From an uncultured Clostridia bacterium (GTDB taxonomy: Bacteria; Bacillota; Clostridia; Oscillospirales; CAG-272), in NCBI GenBank assembly GCA_904501865.1, contig CAJGCF010000001.1, positions 1,121 to 65,120 of the forward strand: a stretch of 64,000 nt of DNA, written 5' to 3'. Of the stretch, positions 21,068 to 29,454 are shown piece by piece. A program made the translations under genes and the position numbers. The notes under the pieces are model-generated. The model searched no databases, had not been told where the DNA came from, and saw only the letters and a program-made list of their open reading frames with translations. Numbering within the stretch: position 1 is the stretch's first letter; each line of letters begins with the position of its first letter.

Positions 21068-21077
21068 TCGCATAAAT

Positions 21078-21104
21078 AAAAGTCCCACGGCAAGTGGGAC
21101 TTTT
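21078..21104. terminator. Bidirectional intrinsic terminator between convergent GT2 and the K-rich ORF
   Basis: AAAAGTCCCAC-GGCAA-GTGGGACTTTT: a perfect 7-bp GC-rich stem flanked by A- and T-tracts. Confidence 0.75.
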
Positions 21105-21106
21105 AT

Positions 21107-21412
21107 TTATTTTTTCTTAGGTGGCTTATACTTTTTAAGAGGCTTTGCCTTCTTTTGACTCTTTTCCTTTTTCAGTATGAGCGTGCCTGTTTTTTTATCC
21201 ACCTTACCAAGCTTTTTGTTTTTCTTCTTTTTCTTCTTGGCGCTCTTTTTGATTATCTGATTTATCTGCGCTAGCTTGACGGCTATCTTTTCTGCCGTTT
21301 CGAGAGCGTTGTATATTCTTGTCTCAATATCGGGCTTTCTCTTAGCGGGAGAGCACTCTGTTTCTACTTCATCGCAAGAAAATTCCCGATTGCCTTTTTT
21401 CTCACATTTCAT
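21107..21412 (-). CDS. Small lysine-rich hypothetical protein (101 aa)
   Basis: The ATG at 21412 lies 10 nt after the udp stop and has a GGTGA RBS. The N-terminus is Cys- and acid-rich. By my count 25 of the last 47 residues are Lys. I recognise no family. Confidence 0.5.
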   Translation of the reverse strand: MKCEKKGNREFSCDEVETECSPAKRKPDIETRIYNALETAEKIAVKLAQINQIIKKSAKKKKKKNKKLGKVDKKTGTLILKKEKSQKKAKPLKKYKPPKKK

Positions 21413-21422
21413 AATTTCACCG

Positions 21423-22205
21423 TTATTTAGAGGACGCAAGATCGTCCTTGATGAGCTTCTCAATAGCCTTGACGGTTACCCTTATAGCCGCCTCGGTGTT
21501 GTGGGTCTCGTCAGAGTGAGTATCAAGCCCCGCGTTGAAGCGCTCCTGGTTCCATACGCAAGAGAAGACCGCACCGCAGCGTATTCCAAGGAATGACGCT
21601 ACCGTGAACAACGTGCCCGATTCCATTTCGCTTGCAAGTACACCAAGACGCTTCCATGCCTCCCATTTTCCAAGGAGCATAGACGACGTAGGCATGCGCG
21701 TGGGATCGTGCTGACCGTAAAATGAATCCTTTGCCTGAACTACACCCGTGTGATTGGAAAAACCAAGCTCTCGCACCGCATCTTTGAGAGCGCAAAGCAC
21801 GTCGGTATCAGATACGGCGGGGAATTCTATGGGCGCATATTCTCGGGACGTTCCGTCCTGACGCACGGCACCACTCGCAATGATAACGTCTCCCGACTTT
21901 ACCTTGAGAGATATACCGCCACAGGTTCCCACACGTATAAACGTGTGAGCGCCGAGCGCGGCAAGCTCCTCCATAGCGATAGCGGCAGAAGGACCGCCTA
22001 TTCCCGTGGAACACACGGTAACAGTCTCGCCGAGAAGAGTACCGTTCCATATATTGTACTCACGGTTTGAAGACACGTGATATGGATTATCAAGAAAGGC
22101 GGCTATTTTTTCGCATCTTCCGGGGTCGCCTGGAACTACGCAATATTTACCCACCTGTCCCTGACAGGCGTTGATGTGATATTGTTTTTCATGAGAGGAT
22201 AGCAT
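21423..22205 (-). CDS. udp: Uridine phosphorylase (PNP/UDP family 1)
   Basis: 260 aa. PGDPGR...[16 protein letters not shown]...RVGTCGG...EMES motifs. AGGAGG RBS. Confidence 0.8.
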   Translation of the reverse strand: MLSSHEKQYHINACQGQVGKYCVVPGDPGRCEKIAAFLDNPYHVSSNREYNIWNGTLLGETVTVCSTGIGGPSAAIAMEELAALGAHTFIRVGTCGGISLKVKSGDVIIASGAVRQDGTSREYAPIEFPAVSDTDVLCALKDAVRELGFSNHTGVVQAKDSFYGQHDPTRMPTSSMLLGKWEAWKRLGVLASEMESGTLFTVASFLGIRCGAVFSCVWNQERFNAGLDTHSDETHNTEAAIRVTVKAIEKLIKDDLASSK

Positions 22206-22357
22206 CTGTACCTCCTAAAATTCTGTTGATTTCAAGATATTATAGTTTACTATCCTCATTATAACATACACGGAAAAAATTTTCAACACTTTTTTTGTAT
22301 AATGCGCTGAGCTTTACAGATACTAAAATAAAAATCCAAACAGAAAGGCTGATTTTT

Positions 22358-23353
22358 ATGGCGAAGGAGATAATAAAGCTCGACGCTTCCTTTGTTTCCT
22401 ACGGTAACGCGGTGGGCAAAAAGGAATACGAGGGACCTCTTGGAGCTCTTTTTGATATACACGATACAGACGACAGATTTGGCAAGGATACCTGGGAGAG
22501 TGCCGAGAGTGAGATGCAAAGAGTGGCATTCAATATGGCTCTTAATAAAAAGGGACTTTGCTTTGAAGATATAGGCGCGCTTTTTGCGGGCGACCTGCTC
22601 AATCAGTGTGTGGGCTCGGCTTACGGTCTTTGCGGATGCAACATTCCGTATTTTGGGCTTTACGGAGCCTGCTCAACGTGTGGAGAGGGAATAATGCTTG
22701 CGTCGATACTGACAACGCACAAGGTGTTTGAGCGTTGTGCCGCCGTAACGTCGTCGCATAACTGCTCCGCGGAGCGACAGTACCGAACACCCATAGAGTA
22801 CGGATCGCAAAGAGCGCCGACGTCTCAATGGACGGTAACGGGCTCGGGAGCATTTATTATCGGTGACTCTGACGCAGGAAAAGTGAAAATAAGCGCGGCT
22901 ATGCCGGGTAAGGTTATAGACAAGGGCGTAAATGATGCCAACAATATGGGCGCGGCTATGACGCCGGCGGTATGTGACACGCTGGTCAGATATTTCAAGG
23001 AGAGCAACACCCGTCCCGAGAATTATGACCTTATAATCACGGGAGACCTTGGATACGAGGGACACGGAATATTAAAGGAATTTATGAGTATAGAAGGATA
23101 TGACCTTGGCGATAACTACACGGATTGTGGAATACTCATATTTGACAAGGAAAGACAGGACACTCACTCAGGCGGCTCGGGCTGTGGGTGCTCGGCAAGC
23201 GTTATATCGGCGTACGTCCTGCCCGAGATGGAGAAGGGTCGCATCAAGAGGACTATATTTGTGGCATCAGGAGCTATGATGAGCCCTGATATGATAAAAC
23301 AGGGCGAAAGCATTCCCGCCATAGGACACCTGCTTGTATTCGAAAGCACGTAA
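22358..23353 (+). CDS. spoVAD: Stage V sporulation protein AD
   Basis: 331 aa thiolase-like fold protein (GKKEYEGPLG..., LYGACST). It is followed by spoVAE. ATG at 22358 follows an AGAAAGG RBS. Confidence 0.8.
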   Translation: MAKEIIKLDASFVSYGNAVGKKEYEGPLGALFDIHDTDDRFGKDTWESAESEMQRVAFNMALNKKGLCFEDIGALFAGDLLNQCVGSAYGLCGCNIPYFGLYGACSTCGEGIMLASILTTHKVFERCAAVTSSHNCSAERQYRTPIEYGSQRAPTSQWTVTGSGAFIIGDSDAGKVKISAAMPGKVIDKGVNDANNMGAAMTPAVCDTLVRYFKESNTRPENYDLIITGDLGYEGHGILKEFMSIEGYDLGDNYTDCGILIFDKERQDTHSGGSGCGCSASVISAYVLPEMEKGRIKRTIFVASGAMMSPDMIKQGESIPAIGHLLVFEST

Positions 23354-23398
23354 GCCACAAAATTCATTAACAATATCTATGCTAAAATGGAGATTATA

Positions 23399-23767
23399 AT
23401 GGAAACATTCAGTAAATTTATATGGGCATTCGTAATAGGCGGAGCCTTGTGTGTTATTGCCCAGATATTGATAGACAAGACCAAGCTCACACCCGCGAGA
23501 ATACTCGTATGCTACGTGACGGCAGGTGTGGTTCTCGGAGCACTCGGATTGTATAAGCCCATAGTCGACCTCGCGGGAGCGGGAGCGACAGTTCCCCTGA
23601 CGGGTTTCGGCTACCTCATATCCGAGGGAGTAAGGGAGGCTGTGGACAAGCAAGGGCTTCTCGGAGCTCTGACGGGAGGTCTGACTGCCGCCGCAGGCGG
23701 CATTGCGGCAGCATTGATATTCGGCTATCTCGCTGCCGTTCTTTTCAGGGGAAAGAGAAGGGGATAA
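23399..23767 (+). CDS. spoVAE: Stage V sporulation protein AE (SpoVAEb-type small membrane protein)
   Basis: About 122 aa. FIWAFVIGGALCVIAQILID...AGAGATVPLTGFG is the SpoVAC/SpoVAEb family signature. An alternative ATG lies at 23387. The last 163 nt fall inside the duplicated arm. Confidence 0.75.
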   Translation: METFSKFIWAFVIGGALCVIAQILIDKTKLTPARILVCYVTAGVVLGALGLYKPIVDLAGAGATVPLTGFGYLISEGVREAVDKQGLLGALTGGLTAAAGGIAAALIFGYLAAVLFRGKRRG

Positions 23768-23770
23768 TTA

Positions 23771-24460
23771 TTATCCGTCAAGAGCGCTTTTGAGCTTTTC
23801 AAGAGCGCTCTTTTCAATTCTGGAGACGTATGATCGTGAAATGCCGAGCTTTTCGGCTATTTCTCTTTGCGTAAGCTCACGTGTTCCGTACAGACCGTAT
23901 CTCATAACTATTATCTGCCGTTCTCTGAGCGAAAGCACGGACTGAATGCACCGCAGAGCTTTGTCACTCATTATCTTTCGCTCTACCTCGCCCGATATAT
24001 CCTCGTCGCTGCTTATAACGTCTATGTAGGCTAAAGGATTGCCGTCGCGGTCAACGTCGATAGTCTCGTTTATTGATATTTCGGAGGAGTGCTTTTTCTC
24101 GGATCTGAAGCTCATAAGTATCTCGTTTTGAATGCATTTTGAGGCATAGGTGGCAAATCTCGTGCCGTTCTCTATGTTGTAGGTATCAACTGCCTTGACG
24201 AGACCTATCGTACCGATAGATACGAGGTCCTCCTGATTTTTACTCGACGCGTAGTATTTGCGCACTATGTGAGATACCAGACGAAGATTGTGGAGTATTA
24301 AAAGCTGACGTGCGTTTTCGTCTCCCTTCTTCATCAGAAGAAAATTGTTTTTCTCTTCCTCGGCAGAGAGAGTTGGAGGGAAATTTTGCTGTGTCGTTAT
24401 TCCGAGCACAGGAGATAAAAGCTTTGCCAGAGTAGCGAGTATTAATGAAAAAATCAACAT
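23771..24460 (-). CDS. sigK: Sporulation sigma factor SigK (pro-sigma-K), uninterrupted
   Basis: 229 aa. NFPPTLSAEEEK...MKKGDENARQLLILHNLRLVSHIVRKY and TQREIAEKLGISRSYVSRIEKSAL closely parallel B. subtilis pro-sigma-K, including the short pro-sequence. Confidence 0.75.
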   Translation of the reverse strand: MLIFSLILATLAKLLSPVLGITTQQNFPPTLSAEEEKNNFLLMKKGDENARQLLILHNLRLVSHIVRKYYASSKNQEDLVSIGTIGLVKAVDTYNIENGTRFATYASKCIQNEILMSFRSEKKHSSEISINETIDVDRDGNPLAYIDVISSDEDISGEVERKIMSDKALRCIQSVLSLRERQIIVMRYGLYGTRELTQREIAEKLGISRSYVSRIEKSALEKLKSALDG

Positions 24461-24559
24461 ATATCACCTCATTACAGAATTTTTAGCTGTAAGGAGAATA
24501 TATGAAGGCTCGGCATGTACTTATTTTTGCGGACAAAAAGAAAAATTTTTCTATTTGTA

Positions 24560-24588
24560 TTGACATGCTCCGAGAATGGTGGTATAAT
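24560..24588 (+). promoter_or_regulatory. Sigma-A-type promoter for the TPP riboswitch-thiT unit
   Basis: TTGACA (24560-24565), 17 nt spacer, TATAAT (24583-24588). Confidence 0.7.
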
Positions 24589-24619
24589 TATCCCGTTGGG
24601 ATACCAACGTACAACCGCA

Positions 24620-24715
24620 TAAAAAATCAGGGGTGCTTTGCCGACTGCTCGGCAGGCTGAGATGGAGAGATCCAAACCCTTGTACCTGATACGGATAATA
24701 CCGGCGTAGGAAGAT
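24620..24715 (+). promoter_or_regulatory. TPP (THI-box) riboswitch
   Basis: CAGGGGTGC...GGCTGAGA...ACCCTTGTACCTGATACGGATAATACCGGCGTAGGAAG matches the THI-box consensus. It lies upstream of thiT. Confidence 0.85.
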
Positions 24716-24780
24716 TTTGTTGATATATTTGTTGTGATATTACGCGCAAGCCCCATTTTGTGCAGAGTGATATCCTCAGA

Positions 24781-24820
24781 GATTCATCCGACCGTGATTT
24801 TTCGTGCGGATGAATTTTTT
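24781..24820 (+). terminator. Riboswitch expression-platform terminator
   Basis: ATTCATCCG...CGGATGAAT stem followed by TTTTTTATTT, 20 nt before the thiT RBS AAGGAGG. Confidence 0.75.
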
Positions 24821-24839
24821 ATTTAAGGAGGAAATCACA

Positions 24840-25430
24840 ATGAAGAAAAGAATTCTTTGTGTCACAGAGGGTGCTCTTATAATTGCTCTGGCTTATGTTT
24901 TAGAGCTGCTCTGTGTGTGGCTGAATACCATTATGGGTATCGGTGCGCTTTTGCCTTTCGGAGGCACTATAACCGTGAGTATGCTACCCATAGCGTACTA
25001 TTCTTACAGAAGGGGAGCAGCATGGGGACTTGGCGCGGGATTCGTATATGCCCTGATTCAGATGCTTCTCGGATTTTACATTCCACCCGCTAATACTTGG
25101 TGGGCACTTGCTATGTGCGTATTGCTTGACTATATGATAGCCTTTATGGTGGTAGGCTTGGCAGATATATTTGCCAAACCCTTCGGCAAGCATAGGCTCG
25201 CGGGATATTGCGTTGGAGCGGTGGCAGTGTGCCTGATAAGATTTGTCAGTAGCTTTTTGTCGGGTGTGATTTTATGGGGAAGCTACGCGCCTGAGGGAAT
25301 GAACGTATGGGAATACTCACTTGTATACAACGCGTCGTATATGTTGCCTAACGCGTTGCTTACGGGAGTGTTTGCCGTGATAATATGCGCGGCTATGGAC
25401 CCAAAAACCCTTAAGCCAATGAAAAAATAA
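24840..25430 (+). CDS. thiT: ECF-transporter S component for thiamine (ThiT)
   Basis: 196 aa polytopic membrane protein resembling ThiT family members. It is under TPP riboswitch control. Confidence 0.75.
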   Translation: MKKRILCVTEGALIIALAYVLELLCVWLNTIMGIGALLPFGGTITVSMLPIAYYSYRRGAAWGLGAGFVYALIQMLLGFYIPPANTWWALAMCVLLDYMIAFMVVGLADIFAKPFGKHRLAGYCVGAVAVCLIRFVSSFLSGVILWGSYAPEGMNVWEYSLVYNASYMLPNALLTGVFAVIICAAMDPKTLKPMKK

Positions 25431-25750
25431 AGAATAATTAACTTTACTTAACACAAATCTAATAAAATTTAAGTAAACTTAATTAAATCCAAGTAAAAAG
25501 CACCTGTTGCATATGGCGCGTATTCTTAAGGACAGTTTTAAGGATGCGCTACCTATCGACGGGAAATGACAGAGGATGCATTTGTATTCTCTGTCATTTT
25601 TCTTGGTGCCTTCAGACGTGGAAATAACCCCCAGTTCTACTGGGGGAAGAAAAAAAGCTTTAGCAATGAAAAAGCGGCGAGCTATATGCAAGCTGAAAAC
25701 TCCATGGTATAATAAAAGCGGTTTGACACCGCAAAACTATGGAGGTAAAA

Positions 25751-25810
25751 ATGAAAGGAAATAATGAAACTAAAAGTACGGCACACTCAAAATATAGATG
25801 TCAATTATAG
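25751..25810 (+). pseudogene. 19-codon stub resembling the N-terminus of an IS200/IS605-family TnpA (Y1 transposase)
   Basis: A GGAGG RBS precedes MKGNNETKSTAHSKYRCQL*. The segment AHSKYRCQ parallels the conserved (L/S)AH(T/S)(K/R)W.CKYH of IS200 TnpA and then ends in a stop. Hairpins lie upstream (25565-25603, 25628-25646), as at IS200 left ends. Confidence 0.35.
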
Positions 25811-25835
25811 TTATATAAAATGAATAATTGTTATA

Positions 25836-25863
25836 TTGACACACAGGGAGGTTGTAATATAAT
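25836..25863 (+). promoter_or_regulatory. Orphan near-consensus sigma-A promoter
   Basis: TTGACA (25836-25841), 16 nt spacer, TATAAT (25858-25863). It points toward the 3' end of the convergent ABC operon. Confidence 0.5.
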
Positions 25864-25879
25864 TTATGTAAGAGGCGTT

Positions 25880-25987
25880 ATGTATGGTGGAATATTCTAC
25901 CATGGTATCTCTCCGATGTCTCTCCTTAATTGTCCATATATTTCTTTTCGTCTGTATTTCGGTGCAAATACTATATATATTCCATGA
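25880..25987 (+). CDS. Possible 35-aa small ORF (or non-coding sRNA) driven by the orphan promoter
   Basis: AAGAGG RBS 4 nt before the ATG. Translation MYGGIFYHGISPMSLLNCPYISFRLYFGANTIYIP*. It ends 5 nt before the 25993-26027 hairpin. I recognise no family. Confidence 0.2.
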   Translation: MYGGIFYHGISPMSLLNCPYISFRLYFGANTIYIP

Positions 25988-25992
25988 ATGAA

Positions 25993-26027
25993 TTATGCGT
26001 CCCTCGTATATTGCGAGGGACGCATAA
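25993..26027. terminator. Bidirectional stem-loop downstream of the ABC permease
   Basis: TTATGCGTCCCTCG-TATATTG-CGAGGGACGCATAA: a perfect 14-bp stem. Confidence 0.7.
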
Positions 26028-26032
26028 GGGTC

Positions 26033-27214
26033 TTATTTGTTGAACATTATCTTTTCGCTATTGAACATTCTTGTGAGTATAAACACACCTATTCCTGTGA
26101 CTGCCACATTAGCGGCAACGGTAATCAGAATGTTGACTACGTTGAGGTCAAATGAGAAAATGCTTATCATGCACTGAACACTGTTGTAAAGTGGTATCGC
26201 GTAAAAAACAGGACTTGTTGCCGAAGCGCCGAACATTCCCGAAAGACCTATAAGCATAGATGCTATCATAAGTGGCGTGACGTAAGACGATGCCTCTTTA
26301 ACGGTCTTTGCAAATGCGGAAATAATGGATATCACGGATATGAGCACCAGGACAGTAGAGAGAATTACTATGCCAAGCATAGTGTAATCAAGCAGAGTAT
26401 ATACGCTTCCGTCAAGCGTGACCGTGCCACCCATAAGTTTTGGCAGGGAGAGAACAACTCCGAGTGTGCTCGACGTTCCGCTTATCAAAGCCATAACGGA
26501 GAGAGCCAATATCTTGCCTATCGCGATATGGCTTCGCTTTGTGGGGGTTATGAGCAGGGAAGCAATGGTACCTCTTTCCTTTTCACCCGCGATAGACTCA
26601 GGGGCTACCGCCATACATCCCGAGAACAGAAGCATTATAAGGAGCATAGGCATGATCATTGAGAATATCATGCTAGTCATATCCTCCTCGGTAGCGAGGT
26701 CGAACACGGTGTCGATGTCGTTGTTTATGTCAAACCTATTGATCATCTGTGATTCGTGATAATCAAGCAGACTGACCGCACTCTGATATGCCATGGAAGA
26801 GTTCACCGCGGAAGAGTTGTAGTACATCTCAATGTTGGGAGCTGCTGTGCCGCTTGAGATATCGTAATCGTTTACCTTTTTGTCGAAATTTTCGGGGAAT
26901 ACTATTAGCAGATCAAGCTCCTCGTTTTTGATAGATTCCTTATACTTGGAAATCTTGCCACTCTCCGCGTCACTCAGCGAGAAAAGCCCTGATTGAGTAA
27001 AAAGCGCGTTGAGGCTTTCGGGCATATTTTCCACACAGACCGACGGAATGTAATCATCATCGGGCATAAAGGCATCACCCATAGCACCGCCCATAAATGA
27101 GTATATAACGTAGATAAGGATGCCGGGCATAAGTATAGCAACCATAGTACGCCTGTCCTTGAAGAATCGGGAGAGCTCTTTTTTGAAAATAGTGAATATA
27201 GTATTGATCCTCAT
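26033..27214 (-). CDS. ABC-2-type transporter permease (NatB-like)
   Basis: 393 aa. One N-terminal TM, a large extracytoplasmic loop, then 5 C-terminal TMs. Translationally coupled (ATGA) to the upstream ATPase. Confidence 0.75.
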   Translation of the reverse strand: MRINTIFTIFKKELSRFFKDRRTMVAILMPGILIYVIYSFMGGAMGDAFMPDDDYIPSVCVENMPESLNALFTQSGLFSLSDAESGKISKYKESIKNEELDLLIVFPENFDKKVNDYDISSGTAAPNIEMYYNSSAVNSSMAYQSAVSLLDYHESQMINRFDINNDIDTVFDLATEEDMTSMIFSMIMPMLLIMLLFSGCMAVAPESIAGEKERGTIASLLITPTKRSHIAIGKILALSVMALISGTSSTLGVVLSLPKLMGGTVTLDGSVYTLLDYTMLGIVILSTVLVLISVISIISAFAKTVKEASSYVTPLMIASMLIGLSGMFGASATSPVFYAIPLYNSVQCMISIFSFDLNVVNILITVAANVAVTGIGVFILTRMFNSEKIMFNK

Positions 27215-27990
27215 CAGATCTCACCTCCCACGTGCTCCGTGTATATGTCAAAGAATCTGTCCTCAAGATCCTTTCCTCCGCAAATCTCGGAGATAGCGCC
27301 GCAGACCACCATTTTCCCGTCTATGATTATACCGACTCTGTCACAAAGCTTTTCAATGAGACTGAATATATGAGTTGAGACGATTATAATTTTTCCTTGT
27401 TCCTTGAGGGAGATAAGAAAATCGGTAACCGTCTTTGCCGTGATCACGTCAAGTCCGTTGGTAGGCTCGTCGAATATGATGATATCGGGATCGTGAACCA
27501 TTGATATGGCAAGAGAAACCTTTTGCTTCATACCCGTTGAAAGATCTGAGACCTTAACCTCGGCAAATTTATCTATACCAAAGCGTGAGAAAAGGTCAGC
27601 CTTCCGCTTTGCCGCCTTTTCGGACTCGATGCCGTGTAATGACGAAAAAAAGTCAAAAAGATAGTTTGGAGTAAAGAATTCCTCAAGCTTTAACTCACTT
27701 GTCAGGAAGCCTATTCTTGACCTGACCGCCGCAGGCTGATTGACAATGCTGTAGCCGTCTACAAGGGCGTCACCCGAATCTGGCTTTATAAGTGTTGCAA
27801 GCATACGGAGCGTAGTAGTCTTTCCCGCACCGTTAGGACCTAACAAACCGAAAATTTCGCCTCCGTATGCCTCAAACGATAAATCGTTTACCGCACGACG
27901 CACCTTTTCGTTGGTTTTCTCTATCTTTTGTTGCTTTGACGATAGCTTAAAGGTTTTTGAAAGATTTTCAACCTTTATAAGTTCCTTCAT
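27214..27990 (-). CDS. ABC transporter ATP-binding protein (NatA-like)
   Basis: Walker A GPNGAGKTT, signature LSTGMKQK, Walker B IIIFDEPTNGLD. Confidence 0.9.
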   Translation of the reverse strand: MKELIKVENLSKTFKLSSKQQKIEKTNEKVRRAVNDLSFEAYGGEIFGLLGPNGAGKTTTLRMLATLIKPDSGDALVDGYSIVNQPAAVRSRIGFLTSELKLEEFFTPNYLFDFFSSLHGIESEKAAKRKADLFSRFGIDKFAEVKVSDLSTGMKQKVSLAISMVHDPDIIIFDEPTNGLDVITAKTVTDFLISLKEQGKIIIVSTHIFSLIEKLCDRVGIIIDGKMVVCGAISEICGGKDLEDRFFDIYTEHVGGEI

Positions 27991-28124
27991 TTTTAGTTTT
28001 CCTTTCTGTAATGCTTTTTCAACAGAATTATACGTTTTTCTACTGAAAAAGTCAGTACGTTTTATATATGCGTCATTATTACGTGCACATTCGGTTGCCC
28101 AATCTCATCCCCGAAATCGTCTTT

Positions 28125-29126
28125 TTATCTCACCTGCACAAATCCAAGCTTTTTCTGTACTTTAGAGAGTGTGCGGCGAGCGACGAAGGAAGCTTCCTCC
28201 GCACCTTTCTTCATCTGTGCTTCTAGCTGAGCCTTGTCGGACATAAATGTATCGAACTTTTGCTGAACGGGAGCGAGCGCATCCGCGCAGACCTCGCCAA
28301 CTGCCATTTTGAAGTCTCCGTAGCCTCGGCCGTCAAACTCACGCTCAATCTCATCAAGCGTTTTACCTGTAAATACAGAGTAAATGGTCATAAGATTATT
28401 TATGCCGTCCTTGCCCTCGGCATATCGCACGCAGGTGTCGGAATCGGTAACGGCGCGTTTGAATTTGCGGATTATCGTGTCACGGTCGTCAAGAATATAG
28501 ACGACGGCGTTAGTGTTCTCGTCGGACTTGCTCATTTTCTTTGTGGGGTCGGCGAGAGACATTATCTTAGCGCCATTTTTTGCCATAATTGGTTCGGGAA
28601 TGGTGAAGGTATCGGGATATATGGCATTGAATCGAGTTGCGACATCGCGGCAGAGTTCAACGTGCTGTTTTTGGTCTATACCCACGGGAACTACGTCTGT
28701 CTGATAGAGTAGAATATCTGCCGCCATAAGCACGGGGTAGGTGAATAGTCCCGCGTTGATGTTGTCAGCGTGCTTCTGCGACTTATCCTTGAATTGCGTC
28801 ATTCTTGAAAGCTCACCAAAGCCTGTGAAGCAGTTGAGCAGCCATGCAAGCTCAGCGTGCTCCTTAACATGTGACTGAACGTAAAGAGTGTTTTTTTCGG
28901 GGTCAAGACCGCAAGCCATGTAGAGAGCTAAGGTCTCGTATGTGCGGCGGCGAAGGTCTGCGGGCACCTGACGAACCGTGATAGCGTGCTCGTCAACAAC
29001 GCAGTAAAAGCATTTGTATTTTTCGGAATACGCGGAAAAATTCTTTATCGCGCCGAGATAATTTCCGATAGTAAGATTACCACTCGGTTGAACACCCGAG
29101 AAGGAAACAGGAGTGTTTTGAAACAT
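28125..29126 (-). CDS. trpS: Tryptophan--tRNA ligase
   Basis: 333 aa from MFQNTPVSFSGVQPSGNLTIGNYLGA (HIGH-like region). Contains a KMSKS motif. Preceded by a Trp-specific T-box. The track ORF extends upstream into the leader terminator. Confidence 0.9.
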   Translation of the reverse strand: MFQNTPVSFSGVQPSGNLTIGNYLGAIKNFSAYSEKYKCFYCVVDEHAITVRQVPADLRRRTYETLALYMACGLDPEKNTLYVQSHVKEHAELAWLLNCFTGFGELSRMTQFKDKSQKHADNINAGLFTYPVLMAADILLYQTDVVPVGIDQKQHVELCRDVATRFNAIYPDTFTIPEPIMAKNGAKIMSLADPTKKMSKSDENTNAVVYILDDRDTIIRKFKRAVTDSDTCVRYAEGKDGINNLMTIYSVFTGKTLDEIEREFDGRGYGDFKMAVGEVCADALAPVQQKFDTFMSDKAQLEAQMKKGAEEASFVARRTLSKVQKKLGFVQVR

Positions 29127-29154
29127 AATATATTCCTCACTTTGTATATTTTTT

Positions 29155-29413
29155 GAAATAAAAAGTCCCCGACAGAGCTTTTCTCTGTCGGGGACGAATT
29201 GACACAATCAACGTGAATCCGCGGTACCACCCACGATTCGAGGCAAGAGCCTCCTCATAAAAGCATTAACGCTGCCAACGTCTCCCATACTTACGCCTGA
29301 GCGTTTTCTGTTTGCCCTCAAAGGTCCATTCGGCATTTTTTGTTGACCGCACTCACACCAACGGCGGCTCTCTGAGCAATAGGTAAAATGCTTACTAATC
29401 CTTTTCATCGGTT
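29155..29413 (-). promoter_or_regulatory. T-box leader with UGG (Trp) specifier
   Basis: Read on the minus strand (same as the plus strand of 58192-58450). Stem I AGAGAG element. Specifier loop GAAUGGAC with UGG at 29326-29328. T-box AATCGTGGGTGGTACCGCGG. Terminator GTCCCCGACAGAG...CTCTGTCGGGGACTTTTT. Promoter TTGACA-17-TATAAT at 29420-29448. Confidence 0.9.
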
Positions 29414-29454
29414 TGTTACATTATAAATCAAATATTTTGATTTGTCAATAGATT

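Noticed and set aside
24472-24756. A 94-aa ORF on the minus strand between sigK and thiT
   Set aside because: It overlaps the thiT promoter and the TPP riboswitch. The riboswitch motifs explain the region, and the ORF has no coding support.
25441-25500. Three copies of AAGTAAA / TTAAGTAAA (one inverted) just after the thiT stop, as a possible operator or repeat element
   Set aside because: The motif is short and A/T-rich in an A/T-rich spacer. Three loose copies are not distinguishable from chance without comparative data.
29208-29408. A 66-aa ORF upstream of trpS, and the track's extended trpS start at 29207
   Set aside because: The region is the Trp T-box leader (specifier, T-box sequence, terminator). 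The real trpS start is the ATG at 29126, downstream of the terminator.
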